A stretch of DNA of 64,000 bases from an uncultured Actinomycetota bacterium (GCA_963778505.1 CAVZUH010000004.1:973607-1037606); one strand, 5' to 3'; positions 32,750-42,814 are shown, counted from the first letter of the stretch. The notes: generated by a model from the letters alone, not told the origin. Translations and numbers: made by a program.

Positions 32750-33845
32750 AGGTACCGCCTCGGCACGCGTTCCCCGATCCTGCTCACGATCTCGTACCCG
32801 ATCGTCCCGAACAGCCGGCCGAGCGCATCGGCCTCGATGGTCTCGTCCCCCTGGTTCCCGATCAGCACGACCTCCTCGCCGACCCGAACCTCGGCGTCGC
32901 CACCGTCCACGATGATCTGATCCATCGTGACCGTCCCCGCGACCCGGCAGCGGCGACCACCGATCAGGACCTCTCCCAGGTTCGTCAGTTGCCGAGGGTA
33001 GCCGTCCGCGTAGCCGACCGGCACCGTGGCGACCCAGGCGTCGCGCTCCAGCCGGTAGCGATGCCCGTAGGAGATCGCCTCGCCGGCGGCCAGCCGCTTC
33101 ACGGCGCTCACCTGGCTCCGCCAGCTGAGCGCCGGCCGCAGACCGAGATGCGAACCGACTCCGGGCGCCGGCTCGATCCCGTAGAGCGCGATCCCAGGTC
33201 GGACGAGGTCGAGGTGAGACTCGGGATGCAGGATCGTGGCGCCCGAGTTGGCCGCGTGCACGAGCCGTGGGGACACCCCCGCGGCTCGAACCGCGTCGAC
33301 GGCTTCGAGGAAGCGGTCGAGCTGCTCCTTCGTCGTGACCTCGTCTTCCTCGGAGCGCGCGAAGTGCGTGAAGAGACCCCTCGACCTCGATACCCGCCTC
33401 CTGGACCCGGCGAGCGAACGCCGGCGCCTCCTCGGGCGGCCAGACGCCGACGCGGTGCATCCCGGTGTCGATCTTCACGTGGACGGGCACGGAGCCGCGG
33501 GCAGCCGCCGAGAGCCGCTCGAGACCGTCATCGGAGTACAGCGTGGGCGTGAGCCGGTGGGCCAGCGCGACCGCCTCGGATCCGGCGGGCAGCTCCGACA
33601 GGACGAGGATCGGCGCTTCGATGCCGGCGCCGCGGAGCTTCAAGTCCTTCCTCGACGATGCGCCACGCCGACCCACGTGGCGCCGGCTTCGATCGCAGCC
33701 CGGGCCACCTCCACGTCGCCGTGGCCGTAGCCGTTCGCCTTCACCACCGCCATCAGCTCGGCGTGCTCGGGCTTCAGCATCCGGGCGTTGTGCCGGATCG
33801 CCTCCAGGTCCACCTCGACCCGGTGGGCCGGAACCCCTCGCTCAC
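32746..33845 (-). CDS. alr: alanine racemase (frame breaks; start inferred)
   Basis: Pieces are [39 protein letters not shown] (PLP-Lys block), [13 protein letters not shown], and ORF 32746..33276 (HAANSGA...ISYGHRY...VGYADGY...GTVTMDQ). The candidate GTG 33845..33843 lies in a CAGTGAGCG context. Confidence 0.88.
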
Positions 33846-35380
33846 TGCGCCCTCCACGTGCGCCACCGCATCGCGGACTCGCTCGAGGACGTCGCCTGCG
33901 AGGGTCCCCTCCCCCAGGTCCCTGCCCGCGAACTGCCCAGCCAACCCGTGGAGATAGGCGCCGGCGGCGGCCGACTCGAGCGGCGCGACACCACGGGCGA
34001 GGAGGCCGCCGATCATGCCCGTCAGGACGTCGCCGGTCCCTGCGGTCGCGAGGACCGGCGACCCGGTCACGTTCACCAACAGCCGCCCGCCCGGCTGGGC
34101 GATGACGGTTCGGCTCCCTTTCAGGAGCGTCACGGCGCCGGTCTGCTCCGCCAACGCGCGGACATGGGCGGGCCGGTCGGCATCGAGGTCGCGGGGCTTC
34201 ACACCCGTCAGTCGTGCGAACTCGCCGACGTGCGGCGTGAGGACGAGCTTCGGCTTGGCGGTCCTGCAACGCCGCTCCGTCGCCGGTGAACGCGTTCAGG
34301 CCGTCCGCGTCGAGGACCGAGGGGACCGGCGAGCGACGCACGATGTCCCGGACGAACGCCACGGTCGACTCGTTCGTCGTGAGACCCGGACCGATCGCCA
34401 GCGGCGTCGGCGGCTTCCAGCCGTTCCAGCAAGGGCGAGACCGCCTCCGACGACACCGTCCCTTCGGCCGTCTCCGGCAACGGAAGGAACGTCGGCTCGG
34501 TCAGGCCCGCTTGGATCTGCGGCATCGCTCCCTCCGGGGCTGCCACGGTGACGAGGCCCGCCCCGATCCTGCCCGCTGCCATCGCGATCAACCGGGCCGC
34601 GCCGGTCATCGCCCGCGACGCGGCCACCACGACGAGGACGCCCGACGCCCGCTTGTGGGTATCGGCGTGACGTGAGGGCAGCCACGCGGCCACGTCCGAG
34701 GGCTCCGTCAGCCAGGCGTGAGCATCGACGAGGTCGTCGGGGAACCCGATGTCGACGACCCGTACGACGCCCGGCGTGCTCGGCGCCCGGCATCAACACC
34801 GCTCCGAGCTTCACCGCACCGAACGTGACGGTCAGCTTCGCCCGGACCGCTTCCCCCTCGATCACCCCCGTCGCCCCGTTCACCCCGGAGGGGATGTCGA
34901 CGGCCGCGATCGGCGCGCCGGCGCCGTTCAGGCTCGCGATCGCCGCCGCCCAGTCGTCCTCGGGCATGCCCCGGAACCCCGTCCCGAAGATCGCGTCCAC
35001 GGCGACGTCCGCGCGATCGAGCTCGCGCCGGAGGCCCCGCTCGTGGAAGGTCCGCACACGGATGCCGGGCACCTCAGCCAGACGCCTCGCGTTCGCGGCC
35101 GCCGGCTCCCGGAGCGCGCCGGGGTCCTCGAGGAGGACGACGGTCGTCCGAACCCCCCAGCGACCCAGCTGCCGCGCGGCCACCAGACCGTCGCCCGCCG
35201 TTGTTCCCCTTCCCGCAGACGACGACCGCCCGGCGACCGTACGAGCCGCCCGCGAGCTCGCGGGCGGCTCGTGCCACGGCGCGCCCGGCCCGCTCCATCA
35301 GCACCTCGGCCCCGATGCCTCGCGCCTGCGTCTCGCGGTCGAGCGATCGACGCCTCCTCGGGAGTGAGGACCGGCTTCAT
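33842..35380 (-). CDS. nnr: bifunctional NAD(P)H-hydrate repair enzyme Nnr (epimerase + ADP-dependent dehydratase; many frame breaks; stop inferred)
   Basis: ATG 35380 opens [10 protein letters not shown]. Pieces are [36 protein letters not shown]...[27 protein letters not shown], and ORF 33774..34202 ([11 protein letters not shown]...[18 protein letters not shown]). Confidence 0.85.
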
Positions 35381-35748
35381 CGGACCGCGATCGCGAACGC
35401 GACGGCGCTCGTCTTCTCGTGGGTGAACGTGATCAGGACCTCGGTGACGCCGAGCGCATCCGCTCGGCGTTTCGCGTTGCCGTCGAGGCGGATCGAGGGC
35501 GCGCCGGACGGATGACGGGTGACGCTGATGTCCTGCCAGAGCCGGCCCCGGTAGCCGCCGAGCGCCTTGATCGTCGCTTCGCGGGCCGCGAAGCGGCCCG
35601 CGTACGACTCGGCAGGTCTCGCCTTCGAGTCGCAATACGCGATCTCTTCGGGCGTGAAGACGCGATCACGGAGCGTGGGATGGCGCGAGATCGCGCGCTC
35701 CATCCGCGCGATCTCGCAGATGTCGACGCCGAGCCCGACGATGTCCAC
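35377..35748 (-). CDS. acpS: holo-[acyl-carrier-protein] synthase
   Basis: Intact 123-aa ORF: MDIVGLGVDICEIARMERAISRH...FTPEEIAYC...FAAREATIKALG. An ATGA overlap joins it to the nnr start. Confidence 0.92.
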   Translation of the reverse strand: MDIVGLGVDICEIARMERAISRHPTLRDRVFTPEEIAYCDSKARPAESYAGRFAAREATIKALGGYRGRLWQDISVTRHPSGAPSIRLDGNAKRRADALGVTEVLITFTHEKTSAVAFAIAVR

Positions 35749-35766
35749 GAGGACAGGCTAGTCCTG

Positions 35767-37603
35767 CTACTCGACCGTGACGCTCTTCGCGAGGTTCCGC
35801 GGCTGATCGACGTCGGAACCCCGCAGCCTCGCCACGTGGTAGGCGAGCAGCTGTAGCGGCACCGTCACCACGACCGGCGACAGCAGCTCCGGCGTCTCCG
35901 GGACCTCCAGGACGTGCTGCGCCACTCCGCGGATCTGCTCGTCACCTTCGGTGGCGACCGCGATCACCTCGGCGCCGCGCGCGCGCACCTCCTGGATGTT
36001 CGACAGCATCTTCGGATAGACGTGGCACTTGGTCGCGACCGCCACCACGGGGACGCCCTCCTCGACCAGCGCGATCGGGCCGTGCTTCAGCTCGCCGGCC
36101 GGATAGCCCTCCGCGTGGACGTAGCTGATCTCCTTCAGCTTGAGCGCTCCCTCGAGCGCCGCCGGAAAACCGGTGTGCCGTCCGATGAAGAGCCAGTCGC
36201 GCGAGTCCTGGAACCGCCCGGCGAGCTCCTGGACCTGCGCGTCGAGCGCGATCGCCTCGCTCGACCTGCGCCGGCAGCTCGCCCATCCGCGTCAGCACCT
36301 CGGCGATCTCCTCCGGGAACATCGAGCCGCGGACCTGCGCGAGGTACATCGCGAGGATGTACTGCGACACCATCTGGGTCGCGAACGTCTTGGTCGCCGC
36401 CACGCCGATCTCCGGACCGGCGTGCATGTAGATCACGCCGTCGGCCTCGCGCGCGAGCGACGAGCCGACGGTGTTCGTCACGGCGAGCAAGCTGGAACCC
36501 TGGCGACGCGCGTGCCGGGCAGCCTCGAGCGTGTCGATCGTCTCGCCGGACTGCGAGACGGCGAGCGTGAGCGTGTCGGGCCCGAGGACCGGATCCCGGT
36601 AGCGGAACTCGCTCGCGATGTCGATCTCGACCGGCAGGCGGGTCCAGTGCTCGATCGCGTACTTCGCGACGAGACCCGAGTGGTACGCGGTGCCGCAGGC
36701 GACGACGAAGACCTTGTCGACCTCGCGCAGGACGTCGTCGGGGATGCGGAGGTCGTCGAGGGCGAGCTGTCCGTGCTCGTCGACGCGCCCGACCAGCGTG
36801 TCCCGGATCGCGCCCGGCTGCTCGTGGATCTCCTTCAGCATGAAGGTGTCGAAGCCGCCCTTCTCCGCTCGCGCGACGTCCCAGTCGACCGTCGATCGAC
36901 TCGGGATGCGCCGGGTTGCCGTCGAAGTCCGTGAACGTGGCGCCGTCCGCCCGGACCTCGACGATCCGACCCTCGTCCACCGGGATCACGGTGGTCGTCC
37001 GCCCCAGCAGGGCCGGGATGTCGGAGGCGAGGATCATCTCGCCTTCGCCGACCCCGACCACCAACGGCGAGGCGACCTTCACGCCGACCAGCACGCCGGG
37101 CTCTTCCGACGACAGCACGACGAGCGAGTAGGCGCCCTCGAGCTCCTTGACGGTGCTCCGAACGGCTTCCAACAGCGACTCGCCTTCCTGGAGCCGCTCC
37201 TCGATCAGATGGGCGACCAGCTCGGTGTCGGTCTCGGAGACGAGGGTGTGACCGTCCTTCTCCAGGCGGGTGCGGAGCTGCTGGAAGTTCTCGATGATCC
37301 CGTTGTGGATCACGGCGACGGTCCCGGAGCAGTCGAGGTGAGGATGGGCGTTGCGGTCCGTCGGCGCTCCGTGCGTGGCCCATCGCGTGTGCCCCATCGC
37401 CACCGTGCCGGCCGGATGCCCGTCGCCATCGAGCGGCGTCCTCGCAGCTCGGAGAGCTTGCCTGCCCGCTTGACGACGGTCAGGTCTCCATCGAGCACGG
37501 CGACGCCCGCCGAGTCGTACCCGCGGTACTCCAGACGTCGGAGTCCTTCGAGGACGATCGGGAGGGCCTCGTCGGGGCCCACGTAGCCGACGATGCCGCA
37601 CAT
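35767..37603 (-). CDS. glmS: glutamine--fructose-6-phosphate aminotransferase (several frame breaks)
   Basis: ATG 37603 opens [36 protein letters not shown]. Pieces are [18 protein letters not shown]...ACGTAYHSG...[11 protein letters not shown], and the C-terminus [28 protein letters not shown]. The span is 1837 nt (3n+1). Confidence 0.93.
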
Positions 37604-37652
37604 AGGGACAACGAGCGTAGCAGCGCCGTGCATGGTGCCGGGCAGCGGAAGC

Positions 37653-38986
37653 TCAGGCGCCGAGGTGCTCGCGCACCTCACGGGCGATGGCCTCTGCATG
37701 CCGGCGAGCGACGCCTTCCGTCTCCGCCTCGACCATGACCCGGACGAGCGGCTCGGTGCCTGAGGCGCGCACCAGCACGCGGCCCGAGTCGGCGAGCTCG
37801 TCCTCTGCCGACCGGACGGCTTCCCAGACCGGAACGGAGCCGTCGAGCTCTGCGAGGCTCCTCACCGAGTACGTTCTCCATCACCTGGGGGTAGCGCTTC
37901 ATGACTGCCCGCGAGATCGGCGACCGTCCGGCCGCTGCCCGCCGCGAGGGAGAGGAATCGAACGGCCGTGAGGAGGCCGTCACCTGTCGTCGCGTGATCT
38001 CGGAAGATCAGATGGCCGGACTGCTCGCCGCCGAGCATCACGTCCTCTTCGAGCATCTCCTCGAGGACGTAGCGATCGCCCACCTTCGTTGCCGAGACCG
38101 TGATGCCGGCCTCCCTCATCGCCCGATGGAACCCGAGGTTCGCCATGACGGTCGTGACCACGGCGTCGTGGGACAAGGAGCCCGCGTCCTTCATCGCGAT
38201 GGCGCACGCGGCCAGGACCTGGTCCCCGTCGATCACGCGGCCGCGATCGTCGACGAACAGGGCCCGGTCGGCGTCGCCGTCGTGGGAGACGCCGGCGTCG
38301 GCGCCGAGCTCGACCACCGCCGCGCCGGCGACCTCGGGATGCAAGGCCCCGCAGCCGACGTTGATGTTGCGCCCGTCGGGGGAGGCGTGGATCGCGTGGA
38401 CGACGGCGCCGAGCCGCTCGTACAGGACCGGGGCGAGGCCGGAGGCGGCCCCGTTGGCGCAGTCGACGACGAGCGACATCCCATCGAGCCGGGCACCGGC
38501 CGCCTTCTCGAGATGCGTGAGGTATCGCTCCCGACCGCCCTGGAGCTCCCGGATCGAACCTTCTTCCGCCGACGAAGGCGCAGGGTCTCCGAGGACGGCC
38601 TCGATCTGGTCCTCGACGCTGTCCGGCAGCTTCATGCCGTTCGGTCCGAAGAACTTGATGCCGTTGTACTCGGGTGGGTTGTGTGACGCAGAGATGACGA
38701 CCCCCGCGTCGGCCCCGGCATCGATCGTCAGGAACGCGATCGCAGGCGTGGGCTCGACGCCCGCCAGGAGCACATCGCCCCCGGCTTCGTGGATGCCGGC
38801 GACGAGCGCCTCCTCGAGCCAGGTGCCCGACTCGCGAGGGTCGCGACCCAACACGAGGACAGGACGGTGCCTTGTTTCGACAGCGAGCACTGTCACGGCT
38901 GCCCGGCCCAGCCCGCGAGCGAGCTCTGTGGTGAGCTCCGAGCCGGCGACACCCCGGACGCCGTCGGTCCCGAAGAGACTGCCCAT
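37653..38986 (-). CDS. glmM: phosphoglucosamine mutase (one frame break near 37880)
   Basis: ORF 37862..38986 gives [15 protein letters not shown]...[15 protein letters not shown]...[10 protein letters not shown]...GGEQSGH. The C-terminus is in ORF 37653..37865 ([16 protein letters not shown]). Confidence 0.93.
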
Positions 38987-39010
38987 GGGCAGGTGATGCT
39001 ACTCGCGAGC

Positions 39011-39048
39011 GCCGGGACCGCGGAGCCGGCCGGCCCCGCGGTCCCGGC
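39011..39048. other. 13-bp GC-rich hairpin immediately upstream of the glmM start
   Basis: GCCGGGACCGCGG (39011..39023) pairs perfectly with CCGCGGTCCCGGC (39036..39048). The 12-nt loop AGCCGGCCGGCC contains the palindrome GGCCGGCC. Confidence 0.5.
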
Positions 39049-39190
39049 GCTTCGTCTCGTTCAGCAGCAACCCGGCGGGCAACAGTCGGGCGGACAGCAC
39101 GGATCGTTCATGTGGGCTCACCTCCGATCGGAGTACGCGGTCGTATCGATGGAGGTCGATATGTTGCCTGACATATAGACCTGTGTCAAT

Positions 39191-39538
39191 ATGACCTGCG
39201 TGAAGCTCCTCCAGGAGATCGACGCCACCTGCTGCCCTCCCCTGCTGTCCGCCCCGCTCGGCGAGGAGGACGCCGCGACCCTGGCGACGGCTCTGCAGGC
39301 CTTGGCCGATCCGGCCAGGCTGCGCTTGCTCAGCCTGATCGCCTCGTGCCCGGACTCCGAGGCGTGCGGATGCGACCTCACGGCGCCGATCGGGCTGTCA
39401 CAGCCCACGGTGAGCCACCACCTGAAGGTGCTCCACGAGGCCGGGCTCCTGGACCGGGAGCGCCGCGGGAAGTGGGTCTACTTCAAGGTCCGGCCGGAAC
39501 CGCTCGCCTCGCTCCGCTCGGCGCTTTCTTCCCCCTGA
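39191..39538 (+). CDS. arsR: ArsR/SmtB-family metalloregulator
   Basis: Intact 115-aa ORF with LADPARLRLLSLI, ACGCDL (alpha3 CxC metal site) and LSQPTVSHHLKVLHEAGLL (wHTH). There is an extra Cys pair near the N-terminus (ATCCPP). No Shine-Dalgarno sequence precedes the ATG. Confidence 0.88.
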   Translation: MTCVKLLQEIDATCCPPLLSAPLGEEDAATLATALQALADPARLRLLSLIASCPDSEACGCDLTAPIGLSQPTVSHHLKVLHEAGLLDRERRGKWVYFKVRPEPLASLRSALSSP

Positions 39539-39951
39539 CCGGTGAGCTCGCCGAGCAGCGACTGGACCCGGCGATCGATCTCGTCCCGGATCATGCGCAC
39601 CTCCTGGAGGGGCTTCCCGGCGGGATCCTCGAGCTCCCAGTCCTCGTAGCGGATGCCCGGGAAGACGGGGCACGCGTCTCCGCATCCCATCGTGATCACG
39701 ACGTGGGCGTCTCGCACGACCTCTTCCCGCAAGAGCTTGGGCCGCTCCGCCGAGATGTCGATGCCGACCTCGGCCATCGCCTGGACGACCTCGGGGTTGA
39801 GGCGGTCCGCCGGCTCCGAGCCGGCCGACCGCACCCGCACGCGGCCGGCCGCGTGCCGCTCGAGCAGAGCGGCCGCCATCTGGCTGCGCCCCGCGTTGTG
39901 CACGCAGACGAACAGGACCACGGGCGGGTCCGACATGGTGGTTCGCTCCAT
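39478..39951 (-). CDS. arsC: low-molecular-weight-phosphatase-family arsenate reductase
   Basis: Intact ORF with VVLFVCVHNAGRSQMAAALL (CX5R P-loop) and ITMGCGDACP. The start may be the internal ATG (MSDPP..). Its 3' end overlaps the arsR 3' end convergently across 39478..39538. Confidence 0.85.
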   Translation of the reverse strand: MERTTMSDPPVVLFVCVHNAGRSQMAAALLERHAAGRVRVRSAGSEPADRLNPEVVQAMAEVGIDISAERPKLLREEVVRDAHVVITMGCGDACPVFPGIRYEDWELEDPAGKPLQEVRMIRDEIDRRVQSLLGELTGQGEESAERSEASGSGRTLK

Positions 39952-40055
39952 CCGACCGTCAGGATAGTCCGCTCGCGGGTATCGGGACCGACGGCCGGGA
40001 GGCCGTGAGGCGAACGTCCGTGGACGCTTCGCCCGCCTCAGGCGATGATGGACGG

Positions 40056-40307
40056 GTGAAGCTCCTCCGCGTGTACGAGACCCTCGATCCGATCCGTGGT
40101 CTGCTCGTCCGCGGGCTGCTGGAGGCGGAGGGGATCGACGTGCTCGCGAAGGGCGAGGGCGCCGGCCCGTACCGGATGGGACCGGTCATCCTGTTCGTGC
40201 CGGACGATGCCACTGATCGCGCGGAAGAACTCATCTCGGCATCGGAGGAAGGTTCGCTCGTCCTGGAGCCGCGGGACGAACTCGCGATCGAGGCGAGCGC
40301 GAACTAG
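40056..40307 (+). CDS. DUF2007-like small protein (putative signal-transduction fold)
   Basis: From GTG 40056 the reading is [60 protein letters not shown]. The upstream part of track ORF 40005..40307 is unlikely to be coding. Confidence 0.5.
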   Translation: MKLLRVYETLDPIRGLLVRGLLEAEGIDVLAKGEGAGPYRMGPVILFVPDDATDRAEELISASEEGSLVLEPRDELAIEASAN

Positions 40308-40696
40308 CGCTTCGAGTACTGCGGAGCCTTCCGAGCCTTCTTCAGCCCGTACTTCCGCCGCTCCTTCTCACGCGCGTCGCGCCTGAGGAACCCCTCCGCC
40401 TTAAGCTGCGCCCGGAGCTCCGGGTCGAGCTCGAGCAGCGCGCGGGCGATGCCCAGCCGCAGCGCGCCCGCCTGGCCGTTCACGCCTCCTCCGGTGATCG
40501 TGGCGACGACATCGAATTCCTTGTCGCGACCGATCGAGCGGAGCGGCGACTGCGCGATCATCCGGTGGACCCGCGTCGGGAAGTACTCGTCGAGCGCCCG
40601 GCCGTTGATGCGGAACTCCCCGGTACCCGGCACGAGCCGCACCCGAGCGATGGCCTCCTTGCGCCGTCCGGTCGTGAGCTTCATGGGTGTCGCCAC
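40304..40696 (-). CDS. rpsI: 30S ribosomal protein S9
   Basis: Intact ORF: [26 protein letters not shown]...[19 protein letters not shown]...[26 protein letters not shown]. Confidence 0.96.
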   Translation of the reverse strand: MATPMKLTTGRRKEAIARVRLVPGTGEFRINGRALDEYFPTRVHRMIAQSPLRSIGRDKEFDVVATITGGGVNGQAGALRLGIARALLELDPELRAQLKAEGFLRRDAREKERRKYGLKKARKAPQYSKR

Positions 40697-41443
40697 CTAC
40701 GTATCCTTCTTCTTCGTCGTCGACGTGGCAGCAGGCTTCTTGGCGGGGGTCTTCCTCGTGGTCGGCTTCTTGGTCGCTGTCGTTTTCTTGGTCGCGGTCC
40801 TCCGGGCCGTCGACTTCCGGGTAGTCGCCGCGGGCTTCTTCGACGCCATGGACTTCCGAGTTGTCGCGGTCGGCTTCTTCGCGACAGTCTTCTTTGTCGC
40901 TGCCGGCTCGTTCGGTGCCTCGGGCTTCGGGGGGGCTTTCCTCGTCAAGGCCTTCCTGTTCCCGTTCGCCGGCGCGGTCGCGGCCGTCGGAAGACCTTCC
41001 CATGCGGGCCTCGTCCCCATCGCCCAGTCCAGAGGTTTCTGTGCCTGGTGGTGATGCTCGGGGCCGGGGACGACATGGAGCTTCTTGATCATCGCCCGGC
41101 CGAGCCGTGTCTTCGGGAGCATGCCACGAACGGCTTTCTCGACCGCGAACGCCGGCTTCTTCGCCAGCAGATCCTCGTAGAGGGTGCCCGTGATCCCGCC
41201 CGGGTGTCCGGAGTGGCGCCAGGCCACCTTCTTGGTCTCCTTGCCACCGGTCAGCACGACCTTGGCCGCGTTGATGATGATGAGGTGGTCGCCGACATCC
41301 ATGTGCGGAGCGAAGATGGGCTTGTGCTTGCCACGGAGGATCACCGCGGCCTCCGAGGCGACACGCCCGAGCACCTGCTCGCCGGCGTCCAGGACGTACC
41401 AACGGCGTTCGATGTGGTCAGGCTTGGGCGAGTAGGTCTTCAT
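40697..41443 (-). CDS. rplM: 50S ribosomal protein L13 with a 108-aa Lys/Thr/Ala/Pro-rich C-terminal extension
   Basis: ATG 41443 opens MKTYSPKPDHIERRWYVLDA...ILRGKHKPIFAPHMDVGDHLIIINA...RHSGHPGG. A 140-aa core ends at HHHQAQKPLDW. The same frame then continues through ...KKPTATTRKSMASKKPAATTRKSTARRTATKKTTATKKPTTRKTPAKKPAATSTTKKKDT to TAG 40699..40697, which abuts the rpsI GTG. Confidence 0.9.
   Translation of the reverse strand: MKTYSPKPDHIERRWYVLDAGEQVLGRVASEAAVILRGKHKPIFAPHMDVGDHLIIINAAKVVLTGGKETKKVAWRHSGHPGGITGTLYEDLLAKKPAFAVEKAVRGMLPKTRLGRAMIKKLHVVPGPEHHHQAQKPLDWAMGTRPAWEGLPTAATAPANGNRKALTRKAPPKPEAPNEPAATKKTVAKKPTATTRKSMASKKPAATTRKSTARRTATKKTTATKKPTTRKTPAKKPAATSTTKKKDT
40802..40879 (-). 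repeat. imperfect 39-nt tandem repeat inside the L13 tail
   Basis: The units 40802..40840 and 40841..40879 are identical at 29 of 39 positions. They encode KKPAATTRKSTAR and KKPTATTRKSMAS. Confidence 0.6.
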
Positions 41444-41477
41444 CGTGAAAGATGCCGGCCCGACGGGCCGACGGCCC

Positions 41478-41507
41478 ATGCTACCTGCGGAAACGCGCTA
41501 CCGTCAA
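41478..41507 (-). promoter_or_regulatory. candidate rplM-rpsI promoter
   Basis: The minus strand reads TTGACG (41507..41502), an 18-nt spacer, then TAGCAT (41483..41478). This is ~35 nt upstream of the rplM ATG. Confidence 0.45.
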
Positions 41508-41527
41508 AGCTCGCCGGAACCCTCCCA

Positions 41528-42289
41528 TCAGGATCGATAGCGGACCCGCTCGAGGGTGAGGCCGCGGGCCGGGGCGGGCCGGCCCGCGGCGCCTCGGTCC
41601 CGGGCATCCAGGATCTCCGTCATCGCGCCGGCTTCCAGGTTGCCCTCCCCCACCGCGACGAGCGTGCCGACGAGTGACCGAACCATCTGATGCAGGAACG
41701 AGTTGGCCACGGCTCTGATCGAGAGCTCGTCGCGACGGCGGGCCACGGTGAGGAGCCGAAGGTCGCGCACGGTCGACCGTTCGCCTCCTGGATGGCGGCA
41801 GAAGCTCGCGAAGTCGTGCTTGCCTTCGAGGAGCCGAGCGGCTTCGCGCATCGGACCCAGCCGGAGATGTCCCCTAAGGTGTCTCGGCCGGTGCCAGACG
41901 AACCGCGCGGTGAACGGATCCGGCAGGGTGGCCTCATGGATCCGGTAGACGTATTCACGGGCTTTGGCCGAGAAGCGCGCGTCGAAGCCATCGGGCGCGT
42001 AGCCGGCATCGGTCACGACAACTTCCGGCGCGAGGGCGCCGTTCAGTGCCGTCTGGAGCCGCTCGGGCCGCACCGCCGATGCCGTGACGAGCGACGCAAC
42101 CTGACCTCGTGCGTGGACCCCTGCATCTGTGCGTCCGGCCACCGAGACCTTCACCGGCCCACGAAGCACGCGTTCGAGCTGCGACGCGACCACGCCCTCG
42201 ATCGTCCGGATGGACGGGTCCGGCTGTCGCGCCCATCCCCGGAACCCGGTCCCGTCGTACGCGAGCGTCAGCCGGATCGTGCGCGACAT
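41528..42289 (-). CDS. truA: tRNA pseudouridine(38-40) synthase TruA
   Basis: Intact 253-aa ORF: RLTLAYDGTGFRGWARQ...VAGRTDAGVHARGQV...FLHQMVRSLVGTLV. Confidence 0.93.
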   Translation of the reverse strand: MSRTIRLTLAYDGTGFRGWARQPDPSIRTIEGVVASQLERVLRGPVKVSVAGRTDAGVHARGQVASLVTASAVRPERLQTALNGALAPEVVVTDAGYAPDGFDARFSAKAREYVYRIHEATLPDPFTARFVWHRPRHLRGHLRLGPMREAARLLEGKHDFASFCRHPGGERSTVRDLRLLTVARRRDELSIRAVANSFLHQMVRSLVGTLVAVGEGNLEAGAMTEILDARDRGAAGRPAPARGLTLERVRYRS

Positions 42290-42443
42290 GCGTGAAGTAT
42301 GGGACGGTGCGGCGGCGAGGGAGCGCCAACATCTGCAGCCGGCGTCGCCGCACGACGCCGAAGGGACGACGGAGCGTCAGCGACGCCGGCGAAGCGTTGG
42401 CGCGACCGGGCCGCCGCGGCCGAGGTGACCGCGGCACCCAGCG

Positions 42444-42809
42444 CTACACCTCCTCGCGCTCGACCAGCTCGATCCGCGCCATCGGGGCGCCGTCGCCCTT
42501 GCGCGGTCCGAGCTTCAGGATCCGGATGTAGCCGCCCTGTCGCTCCTCGAACCGTGGTCCGATCTCGTGGAACAGCTTGGCAACCACATCACGATCTGGG
42601 ATATCGCGGAGGACCTGGCGTCGCGCCGCCAGGTCCCCGCGCTTCGCGAACGTGATCAACTTCTCCGCGAACGGCCGGAGCTGTTTCGCCTTCGCCTCGG
42701 TCGTCTCGATGCCTTCGTGCACGAACAGCTGCGCGGCCATCGTCGACAACAGGAGCTTGTGGTGGGCAGGGTTCGAGCCCAGGCGGGGCCCCTTCTTCGG
42801 CTTCGGCAC
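42444..42809 (-). CDS. rplQ: 50S ribosomal protein L17
   Basis: Intact 121-aa ORF: [53 protein letters not shown]. Confidence 0.96.
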   Translation of the reverse strand: MPKPKKGPRLGSNPAHHKLLLSTMAAQLFVHEGIETTEAKAKQLRPFAEKLITFAKRGDLAARRQVLRDIPDRDVVAKLFHEIGPRFEERQGGYIRILKLGPRKGDGAPMARIELVEREEV

Positions 42810-42814
42810 CGCGC

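Noticed and set aside
37604-37652. A glmS ribozyme or riboswitch upstream of glmS.
   Set aside because: Only 49 nt separate the glmM stop from the glmS ATG, which is far too short for the ribozyme. The element is also not expected in this lineage.
38789-39408. Track ORFs 38789..39178 (+) and 39118..39408 (-) in the glmM-arsR spacer.
   Set aside because: They overlap glmM or arsR antisense and have no motifs. The region is better explained as promoter, operator and hairpin sequence.
40700-41023. The L13 tail as a separate HU/H1-like small gene.
   Set aside because: No stop codon separates it from the L13 core, and no plausible start with a ribosome-binding site occurs inside it. A sequencing error removing a stop cannot be fully excluded, so the tail is reported as a finding with that caveat.
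40697-41479. N-terminal extensions suggested by the track for rplM (to 41479), rpsM (to 44736), infA (to 45105), the 22679..23221 membrane ORF and the 23708..25027 dehydrogenase ORF.
   Set aside because: In each case a conserved canonical N-terminus begins at an internal ATG or GTG. The upstream part is Arg/Pro-rich or overlaps the neighbouring gene or promoter.
42290-42443. The 154-nt truA-rplQ spacer as a hidden gene or structured RNA.
   Set aside because: It holds only short GC palindromes (for example GGCGTCG-N5-CGACGCC), with no ORF showing coding character and no recognisable RNA motif. It possibly contains a weak rplQ terminator.
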